Below are positions 15,967-22,744 of a DNA stretch of 22,744 nt, in pieces. Below the pieces are notes generated by a model, which did not search any database, was not told the origin of the DNA, and saw only the letters and a program-made list of their open reading frames with translations. The position numbers and the translations under genes are program-made. Position 1 is the stretch's first letter; each line of letters starts with the position of its first letter. The stretch is from Polyangiaceae bacterium (lineage in GTDB: Bacteria; Myxococcota_A; Polyangia; Polyangiales; Polyangiaceae), in the NCBI GenBank assembly GCA_044222475.1, contig JBGANF010000127.1, positions 1 to 22,744 of the forward strand, read 5' to 3'.

Positions 15967-16998
15967 GTGCCCAACGCCTACATCTCGGGGACCGGGGGAT
16001 ACGTTCCCCCTCGCGTCGTCACCAACGACGACCTGCGCACGCAGTACGGCATCGAGACCGACCACGAGTGGATCCACAAGCGCACCGGCATCGAGTCGCG
16101 CCGCTACTCGGAGCCCGGCGTCGCCACGTCCGACCTTGCTCTCTACGCGACGAACGACGCGCTGAAGGCCGCCGGGCTCAAGGCGACCGATCTCGACATG
16201 ATCCTCTTCGCGTCGCTCTCGCCCGACATGCACTTCCCCGGGACGGCGCCGATCCTCCAGAAGAAGCTCGGCCTGACCGAGGGCGACGACGCGAAGTTCG
16301 TCCCCGCGATGGACATCCGCAACCAGTGCTCCGGCTTCGTCTACGGCCTCGCGACCGCGGCCTCGATGGTCATGTCGGGGCATCACAAGCACGTGCTCGT
16401 GGTCGGCTCGGAGACGCACTCGGCGGCGCTCGATTTCTCGACCCGCGGGCGCACGGTCACGTCGCTCTTCGGCGACGGCGCGGGCGCGGTCATCGTCAGC
16501 GCCACCGAGGAGAACCGGGGCGTGAAGAAGTGGTTCCTCGGCGCCGACGGCCGCGGAGTCGACGCGCTCAAGTTACCCGTTTGGGACATCCGCAATCGCC
16601 CCTACGTCCCCATCGACGAGAAGGGCAACGGCGTGCTCACGCCCGAGATGATGTGGCCCCAGATGGAAGGCAAAGCCGTCTTCAAGGGCGCCGTCGAGCG
16701 GATGTGCGGCTGCCTGATGCAGCTCCTCTGGGACCAGCAGATGTCCGTCAACGACGTCGACCTCTTCTGCTTCCACCAGGCCAACATGCGCATCAACCAG
16801 TACGTCGCCGAGCAGATGGCGATCCCGGAAGCGAAGCTGATCCACAACATCCAGAAGTACGGAAACACCACCGCCGCGACCATCCCGCTGCTGCTCGCCG
16901 AAGCCGAGCAGACGGGTCGCCTGAAGCGTGGCGACAAGGTCGTGATGGTCGCGTTCGGCGCGGGATTCACCTGGGGTTCCGCGCTCGTAGACTGGTAG
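15967..16998 (+). CDS. fabH: 3-oxoacyl-ACP synthase III (FabH/KAS III family)
   Basis: GTG start after GGAGGAG RBS; ISGTGGYVPPRVVTNDDL, WIHKRTGIESRR, DIRNQCSGF (Cys), LFGDGAGA, FHQAN (His), YGNTTAA (Asn), FGAGFTWG. Confidence 0.92.
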   Translation: MPNAYISGTGGYVPPRVVTNDDLRTQYGIETDHEWIHKRTGIESRRYSEPGVATSDLALYATNDALKAAGLKATDLDMILFASLSPDMHFPGTAPILQKKLGLTEGDDAKFVPAMDIRNQCSGFVYGLATAASMVMSGHHKHVLVVGSETHSAALDFSTRGRTVTSLFGDGAGAVIVSATEENRGVKKWFLGADGRGVDALKLPVWDIRNRPYVPIDEKGNGVLTPEMMWPQMEGKAVFKGAVERMCGCLMQLLWDQQMSVNDVDLFCFHQANMRINQYVAEQMAIPEAKLIHNIQKYGNTTAATIPLLLAEAEQTGRLKRGDKVVMVAFGAGFTWGSALVDW

Positions 16999-17042
16999 TT
17001 CCGAATCCGTGTACGCTCCATGGTCCACCGCTGGAGGGCTTC

Positions 17043-18239
17043 GTGGAGAGACCGCGCAATGACCTGAGCACGCAGCTCGTGCGTTTCTGCTTGGCGCTCG
17101 AGGAATTCCGACGAACGGCGGAAGGACGCGTCCGCACGCCGACGCAGTTCCTCCAAGCGTTCTTCCCCTACGACGAGCGCGGACCGGAGGACAAAGTCTT
17201 CTCGTTCCTCCCTCGCGAGATCCGCGGACCGATCATCGCCGCGTGGGGCATCCGCGGTCAGAAGGCCGCGCTCCGCGACGACGACGCGAAGATCGCTTCG
17301 GTCGTATACGACGCGCTCGTCGCGGGCGACATCAACGCGCAGCACTTCGAGGAGGGCCTCGCTGCGTCGACGCTGATCTCGTGGGTTCCGCTCGGTGCGT
17401 GGTGGTCGTTCTGGCGTGCGGGCACGCCGCACAAGGCCGCGCTGCTCCGCGCGCTCACGCTGGGCTACGAGCTCGGCCTCTTCGACGCGCGATGGTTCTG
17501 GGACACGATCGAGCTCGGCTCGACCGCCGATCCGAACACGAAGAAGAAGGGCACCGACGTCATCTCCGCCGGGCTCACCAAAGAAGACATCATGGAGTGG
17601 ATCAAGCGGATCCACGCCACCGGTGACGGCTCACCCAAAGGCCTCCTCGAGGCGATCGGCTGGGACAAGGTCGTTCAGAAGACCTCGAACGACTCGCTCG
17701 CCGCGGTGCTGGACGCGCTCGCGGTGAAGATCGAGCTCGTGAAGCCGCCGCCTCCGCCCAAGTCGGAGCCGAAGGAGCCCCCGAAGGCGGCGACGGCGCC
17801 GTCCGTGCCCCCCGCCGCTGCAGCACCTCCCGCCGCAGCGGCACCTCCCGCCGCGACCGCGGCCGACGCAGCCGCCGAGAAGACACCGACCGACCCTCCC
17901 CCGGCCGATGGAGCCGACGAAGGCTACGTCGTGATGGACTCGATGCCGCCGGCGGACGAGCAAGCTCACGACGGATCGTGGCGCGCTCCGTCCATGCCAG
18001 AGGAGACGACCTCGGAGGAGCCGGTCGTCGAGCTCACCAAGCGCAGCACCTCGCCGAAGGCGAAGGAGCCGCCGCCGGCCTCCACCGAAGACCTGGCGGA
18101 GACGGGGCCCTACGCGACGGCGAACCCGCCGGGCAAGTTGATCGTGCCGAAGCCCCCCAAGGTCGCGCCCCCCGCGGACGACGACGACGGTGGCGACACG
18201 ATGCTCTACCGCAGCGGCAAGCCCATCACGCGGCGATAG
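17043..18239 (+). CDS. hypothetical protein: ~230-aa helical, Trp-rich domain plus Pro/Ala/acidic disordered tail
   Basis: GTG 17043 after GGAGG; typical GC3-rich codon use; C-terminal part of track ORF 16068..18239. Confidence 0.7.
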   Translation: MERPRNDLSTQLVRFCLALEEFRRTAEGRVRTPTQFLQAFFPYDERGPEDKVFSFLPREIRGPIIAAWGIRGQKAALRDDDAKIASVVYDALVAGDINAQHFEEGLAASTLISWVPLGAWWSFWRAGTPHKAALLRALTLGYELGLFDARWFWDTIELGSTADPNTKKKGTDVISAGLTKEDIMEWIKRIHATGDGSPKGLLEAIGWDKVVQKTSNDSLAAVLDALAVKIELVKPPPPPKSEPKEPPKAATAPSVPPAAAAPPAAAAPPAATAADAAAEKTPTDPPPADGADEGYVVMDSMPPADEQAHDGSWRAPSMPEETTSEEPVVELTKRSTSPKAKEPPPASTEDLAETGPYATANPPGKLIVPKPPKVAPPADDDDGGDTMLYRSGKPITRR

Positions 18240-19260
18240 CCGCGAGCTCGCTCAACTGGCCGAACAGGCTGCGGGCGAGGAGCTGCGATTGAATCGCGTT
18301 CGGTAGCCCGGCTTCCTCGCGCAGCGTTTCGTCGGGCTCGATCGCGAGCTCCGCGAAGAGCTCCGCGATCGCCGTGGCCCGCGCCGCCGCCACACGCGCG
18401 CGCGCACCGTCGTCCAGCTTCGCGTCGAGCCACTGCGCGACGCGAAGCCCGAGGAGCGCGTGCTCCGCCTCTTCGCGCGCGATGGCGTTCATCGCGGCAC
18501 GCACGCGCGGCGTCTTCGCGTGATCCGCCTGCCACGTCGCGAGGAGCGCGCCCCACGTCTCGCGCACGCACCCTTCGACGGCGTTCTCGATCGCGATCGC
18601 CTCGAGGTCGCGCACCGGTCCACGCACGACCACCGGCCTCTCGACGACGGCGCCGAAGCGCTCGGCGATCGCGCCGACGATGCGCGCGTGACGCACTTCG
18701 TCCGCGCGCGCTTCGAGCGCGCTTCGCCGGAGGTCGGGCGGAGCGCGGTGATGCACGAGCTCGTCGTGGAGGATCTCGAACGCGTCGACCGACGCCGCTT
18801 CGAGGAACGCGGCGCGCGCGAAGTGCTCGGCGACGACCGTCGGCCCGAGCGACGTGCGCACCGAGATGCCCGCCGGGCGACGGCCCACGCACGCGCCGCC
18901 GCACTCGAGCGTTCCCGGCGAGCTCGCGCTCCAGTAGCAGTACGTCGTCGCCGGACCCGACGTCGGTCCGCAGAGCTTCGCGCATACGTCGGCCGGGATC
19001 GTCCCGCCATCGGCTGGGAAGCCGCACTTCGTGACGTCGCCGCTCAAGGTGACGAAGTAGCCGCACGAGGGCGCGGTCGCGGGGATGCCGCTCGAGGTGC
19101 ACGCCTTGCCGCTGTCGAAGCTGACGGGGGCGTCGGTGCCGGCGTCCTCGTTCCCGGTCGTCACGACGCCGCCCCCACAGGCGGTCGCGACGGGGACGGC
19201 AGCGAGGAGGGAGAGGCGAAGAGCACGCTCGAAGCGTGAGCGAAGGAGAGCTGCGTTCAT
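18226..19260 (-). CDS. lipoprotein with Cys-rich N-domain and ferritin-like (di-iron) domain
   Basis: SLLAAVPVATAC lipobox; FLEAASVDAF, ADEVRH, ENAVEGCVRET and REEAEH give paired E...ExxH ligands. Confidence 0.8.
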   Translation of the reverse strand: MNAALLRSRFERALRLSLLAAVPVATACGGGVVTTGNEDAGTDAPVSFDSGKACTSSGIPATAPSCGYFVTLSGDVTKCGFPADGGTIPADVCAKLCGPTSGPATTYCYWSASSPGTLECGGACVGRRPAGISVRTSLGPTVVAEHFARAAFLEAASVDAFEILHDELVHHRAPPDLRRSALEARADEVRHARIVGAIAERFGAVVERPVVVRGPVRDLEAIAIENAVEGCVRETWGALLATWQADHAKTPRVRAAMNAIAREEAEHALLGLRVAQWLDAKLDDGARARVAAARATAIAELFAELAIEPDETLREEAGLPNAIQSQLLARSLFGQLSELAAIAA

Positions 19261-19272
19261 GCCGCCGCCTCG

Positions 19273-19288
19273 TGCAGGAAGCTTGCCG
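19273..19288 (-). promoter_or_regulatory. sigma-54 promoter candidate for the ferritin-like lipoprotein gene
   Basis: Minus strand CGGCAAGCTTCCTGCA (GG-N10-GC) ends 12 nt before ATG 19260; tandem TGGCAC repeats at 19334-19349 upstream. Confidence 0.45.
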
Positions 19289-19399
19289 TGCGCGGAATCG
19301 GCGTGATTTCCAGGCCCTCGAGGGATCCAGCGTGTGCCAAGTCGTGCCAGGAAAAAGGCGAGTTGCGGTGGCAGCGTCAGGGCCTTACTTGGAGTGCCC

Positions 19400-20413
19400 A
19401 TGCGCCAAGTCTGGATCACCAAGGCCGGAGCCCCCGACGTCCTTCAAGTGCGCGAGGCCGAGGACCCGGTCGCCAAGAAGGGCGAGGTCCGCGTTCGCGC
19501 CAAGGCAGCGGGCGTGAACTTCGCGGACTTGATGGCTCGGGTCGGGCTGTACCCGGACGCGCCGAAGATCCCGTGCGTCATCGGATACGAGGTCGCTGGC
19601 GTGGTCGACCAAGTCGGCGAAGGCGTCGAAGACCTGAAGGTCGGCGATCGGGTGATGGCGATGCCGTATTTCGGCGGCTACAGCGACACCGTGGTCGTCC
19701 CGACCGGCCAGGTGATCCCGATGCCCAACGCGATGACGTTCGAGCAGGGCGCGGCGCTGCCGGTCGTCTACGGGACCGCGTACACCGCGCTTCACCTGAC
19801 CGGACACGTCCGCGAAGGGGCGACGATCTTGGTCCACTCCGCCGCTGGCGGCGTCGGCATGGCGGTGCTCGATCTCGCGAAGGCGAAGAAGTGCGTCGTG
19901 ATCGGCGTCGCATCGAAGAGCAAGCACGAGTTCCTGCGCGAGCACGGCTGCGCGCACACCATCGGGCACGACGAGGACTACGTCGCGAAGGCGCGAGAGA
20001 TCGTCGGCGACCGAGGGGTCGACCTCGTTCTGGATCCGGTCGGCGGACGATCGTGGTCCGAGGGGTACTCGCTCCTCGCGCCGCTGGGCCGGCTCGTGTG
20101 CTTCGGCTTCTCGACCGCGACGACCGGTGAGACGCGGAACATCTTCAACGCCGCCTGGCAGATGATGCGCGTCCGAAAGTTCAGCCCGATCGACCTGATG
20201 GGGGACAACCGCACCGTCACCGGCATCAACATGGCGCACCTCTTCTCGCGGCTCGACCTCTTGAGGCCGGCGTTCCTCGAGCTCGTGAAGATGTTCGAGC
20301 GTGGCGAGATCTCGCCGCGGGTCGACAAGACGTTCTCGTTCGCGGAAGCGGCCGAGGCGCATCGCTACATCCACGATCGCAAGGCGAAGGGAAAAGTGCT
20401 GCTCGTCCCGTAG
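19400..20413 (+). CDS. MDR superfamily NADPH:quinone oxidoreductase, VAT-1-like
   Basis: AAGVNFADLMARVGLYPDAP, GYEVAGVV, VHSAAGGVGMA nucleotide-binding motif, GVDLVLDPVGG, KAKGKVLL. Confidence 0.92.
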   Translation: MRQVWITKAGAPDVLQVREAEDPVAKKGEVRVRAKAAGVNFADLMARVGLYPDAPKIPCVIGYEVAGVVDQVGEGVEDLKVGDRVMAMPYFGGYSDTVVVPTGQVIPMPNAMTFEQGAALPVVYGTAYTALHLTGHVREGATILVHSAAGGVGMAVLDLAKAKKCVVIGVASKSKHEFLREHGCAHTIGHDEDYVAKAREIVGDRGVDLVLDPVGGRSWSEGYSLLAPLGRLVCFGFSTATTGETRNIFNAAWQMMRVRKFSPIDLMGDNRTVTGINMAHLFSRLDLLRPAFLELVKMFERGEISPRVDKTFSFAEAAEAHRYIHDRKAKGKVLLVP

Positions 20414-20430
20414 TGGTACCCTCTCCGTCG

Positions 20431-20901
20431 ATGACGACGATTCGAATTGCGACCCCCGACGACCGTGTTCGTCTCGGGCAGATGGCCGGCAAGCTCGTCC
20501 GCATGCACCACGCGTTCGATCCGAAGCGCTTCATGGCGATCGAGAACGTCGACGAGGGGTACGGGCGCTGGCTCGTCTCCGAGGCGGCGCGCGAGCGCGC
20601 GTTCGTGCTCGTGGCCGAGAACGACGGCGCGCTGGTGGGTTACCTCTACGGCGCGATCGAGGACATGTCGTACGAGGACTTGCGCGAGGAGTGCGGCTAC
20701 GTGCATGACGTCTGGGTCGAAGAGGACGCGCGTCGCGGCGGCGTCGCGAGGCTCCTCGTGGAGCGGGCGTGTGCGATCTTCAAGGAGCGCGGCTCGCCGC
20801 GCGTCGTGCTCATGGCGGCGACCGCGAACCCGAGGGCGCAGGCCTTGTTCGCGAAGCTCGGCTTCCGCCCGACCATGGTGGAGATGACGCGCGAGCTCTA
20901 G
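20431..20901 (+). CDS. GNAT family N-acetyltransferase
   Basis: VLVAENDGALVGY, VHDVWVEEDARRGGVARLL (motif A), NPRAQALFAKLGF (motif B). Confidence 0.92.
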   Translation: MTTIRIATPDDRVRLGQMAGKLVRMHHAFDPKRFMAIENVDEGYGRWLVSEAARERAFVLVAENDGALVGYLYGAIEDMSYEDLREECGYVHDVWVEEDARRGGVARLLVERACAIFKERGSPRVVLMAATANPRAQALFAKLGFRPTMVEMTREL

Positions 20902-20904
20902 GGG

Positions 20905-22161
20905 TCACGCGCGGACGTGCGTTCGACGCACGAACGCCAGGTAGATGATCGCTCCGACGAACGCGCACGCGCCGGCGACGATCCACTCGCGGCTCTCTGC
21001 TCCGCGCAGCAGGATCACCCCGATGACCACCGGAGGCACGGCGGCGAGCAGGTGGACCGGGCGCAGATCCCGCTGGCGCATGATCCCGAATTTCGCGAGC
21101 GCGAACGCGACGACGACGTACTGGGTGACGACGGAGAGACTCGAAAGCGTGAGGAGCTCGCCGACGCTGCCGATGCACACGAGCACCACCACGATCGCCC
21201 ACGTGGTCCAGAGCGCCAGCAGCGGTACGCGTCCGCCGCTGAGCTTTCCGAACGGCGACGCTGGCGCGAGCGCGGAGAGGAAGCGCGGCGTCGTCGCGAC
21301 CATGCCGAACGCGATGCCGAGCGCGGACACGCTGGTCCCGATCGCGACGACGGTGCCGAACGTGCTGCCGGCGTAGGCCGTCGCGGTGTCGACGAGGGGC
21401 GCCCCGGACGAGGCGAGGTTCGCGACCCCCGCGACGGCGCCGCGCTGGAGCGCGAGGTAGAGGACGGTCGAGACGCCGAGCGACCCGAGCACGGCGATCG
21501 GGATCGCACGCCGCGACGAGCGCGCTTGGCCGGCGAGCACCGGGACGATCTCGAAGCCTTGGAACACGAAGGTCGCCTTCAGCATCGCGCGCGGCCAATC
21601 GGTCGACCCGGTCGGCTGAACGGCGACCTTCGGCGCGAGCACCGTCGCGAGCACGGCGAGCCCGATCAGCGGCAACAGCTTCAACACCGTGAGCGTGTTC
21701 CAGACCCCCGCCGACACCTTGATGCCTCGCGAGGCGATGACGGTGAGCACGCTGAGGAGACCGATCGCCGCGCCGCGGATCACGATGGGCCCCCACGCCG
21801 ACGGAAGGACCGCCTGCATGAACCCGCTCATCACCGTGCCCATGCTGAAGAGCGCCGCGACGTAGGCAAGCCACCCGACGACGAAACCCGCAGCTTCGCC
21901 GAACGCGAGGCGGGCGTAGAGCACCGGGCCGCCGTCTTCGTCGAACCGCGACCCGAGGATCGAAACGGCAAGCGCTACCGGAACGAGCGCGAGGCCGGTG
22001 ACCGCGATCACCGCGAGGCTGCTCCACCCCGGGGCCTGAGCGGCGAGCTGGCTCGGAGTGAAGAAGATGCCGACGCCGACGATGCCGTTGATGCCGAGAA
22101 GCAGCAACGACAACGTTCCCAGGGGGCGTTTTGGCTCCGTCTGCGACTGCGTCTCCGTCAC
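20905..22161 (-). CDS. APC family amino acid permease
   Basis: About 12 TM segments; GINGIVGVGIFFTP (TM1), DGGPVLYARLAFG...GFVVGW, FQGFE (TM6). Start GTG 22161. Confidence 0.9.
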   Translation of the reverse strand: MTETQSQTEPKRPLGTLSLLLLGINGIVGVGIFFTPSQLAAQAPGWSSLAVIAVTGLALVPVALAVSILGSRFDEDGGPVLYARLAFGEAAGFVVGWLAYVAALFSMGTVMSGFMQAVLPSAWGPIVIRGAAIGLLSVLTVIASRGIKVSAGVWNTLTVLKLLPLIGLAVLATVLAPKVAVQPTGSTDWPRAMLKATFVFQGFEIVPVLAGQARSSRRAIPIAVLGSLGVSTVLYLALQRGAVAGVANLASSGAPLVDTATAYAGSTFGTVVAIGTSVSALGIAFGMVATTPRFLSALAPASPFGKLSGGRVPLLALWTTWAIVVVLVCIGSVGELLTLSSLSVVTQYVVVAFALAKFGIMRQRDLRPVHLLAAVPPVVIGVILLRGAESREWIVAGACAFVGAIIYLAFVRRTHVRA

Positions 22162-22224
22162 GGAGGCGCACGGTATCACGGCCGGTGGCCAGCCTCCGTC
22201 TCACTAGATTGGGCGTGCATCCGC

Positions 22225-22744
22225 ATGTTCCAACTTGGTACCAAGTCACTCGCCGTCGTGGGCGCCGCCGCGTTGATCGCGTGCAGCGGGGCGATCGACG
22301 TGCAGACGCCGAGCCCGGGGGCGTCCCTGCCGCGGACCCTCCCGCGGGTGCGATCGGCAGGCGGCCCGACGCTCGAAACGCCGCGCGTGGTTCCCATCTT
22401 CTTCGGTGCCGACCCTCACGAGGCCGACTTGACGGCGTTCTTCGGAGAGCTCGCTGGCGGAGGCTACTGGAAGGAGACGACGTCCGAGTACGGCGTCGGA
22501 GACCTGCGCGTAGGGCCGACGATCCACGTCGAGCGTCCTCCTCCCGCGACGATGACCGACGTCGACGTGCGCGCGTGGCTCATCGCCCAGCTCGAAGGGT
22601 GGAGCGGGTTCGGAGACGTCGACGCCGCGAGCTCGATCTACACGATCTTCTTTCCGCCGGAGACCGTCATCGAAGCGCCGTGGGGCACGAGCTGCGCGGG
22701 CTTCCATGCGTACCACGGCGAAGCCGTCGTCGACGGGAAGCGCG
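22225..22744 (+). CDS. putative lipoprotein, 3' end runs off the window; possible Phi-1/EXORDIUM-like domain
   Basis: Not in the ORF track. Open from ATG 22225: MFQLGTKSLAVVGAAALIAC lipobox, GGPTLETPRVVPIFF, YWKETTSEYGVG, IYTIFFPP, SCAGFHAYH. Confidence 0.65.
   Translation, partial: MFQLGTKSLAVVGAAALIACSGAIDVQTPSPGASLPRTLPRVRSAGGPTLETPRVVPIFFGADPHEADLTAFFGELAGGGYWKETTSEYGVGDLRVGPTIHVERPPPATMTDVDVRAWLIAQLEGWSGFGDVDAASSIYTIFFPPETVIEAPWGTSCAGFHAYHGEAVVDGKR

Noticed and set aside
14395..16998. Apparent 867-aa FabH with a long N-terminal extension, or an rtcB-fabH fusion
   Set aside because: The extension is an alternative frame over rtcB; rtcB has its own stop and fabH has a strong RBS with GTG at 15967
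19334..19349. TGGCAC repeats as the sigma-54 -24 element
   Set aside because: The GG-to-GC spacing is 9 rather than 10 for the first copy and there is no GC for the second; treated as a possible activator site instead
15967..22161. fabH + ferritin-like + MDR + GNAT + permease as a biosynthetic gene cluster
   Set aside because: Mixed orientations, separate promoter-like boxes, and no ACP, PKS or NRPS gene in the window

Overview
High-GC bacterial DNA. Gene content and style point to a Myxococcota/Polyangiales chromosome (inference). The window is gene-dense, with about 23 real CDS, two of them truncated by the window edges and absent from the ORF track, plus one tRNA-Arg(CCU). Most long overlapping ORFs in the track are GC-rich shadow frames. 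Recognisable genes: a vWA/CglB-like lipoprotein, uvrC, an L,D-transpeptidase, DUF4390 coupled to a single-POTRA Omp85, a MaiA(GST-zeta)-DUF1704/QEGLA metallopeptidase fusion, an SRPBCC and a COQ4-like gene divergent from a TetR, an archaeal-type RtcB RNA ligase, fabH, an exported ferritin-like lipoprotein, a VAT-1-like oxidoreductase, a GNAT and an APC permease. I saw no phage, integrase, transposase or CRISPR. Most interesting: (1) the GST-zeta/QEGLA carboxypeptidase fusion; (2) a possible ~80-nt three-way-junction RNA just downstream of a stand-alone rtcB; (3) a ~110-bp purine/pyrimidine-skewed palindromic element; (4) a TetR-controlled COQ4-like/SRPBCC module in a lineage not expected to make ubiquinone; (5) a window-wide pattern of TAnnnT boxes 6-12 nt upstream of start codons.
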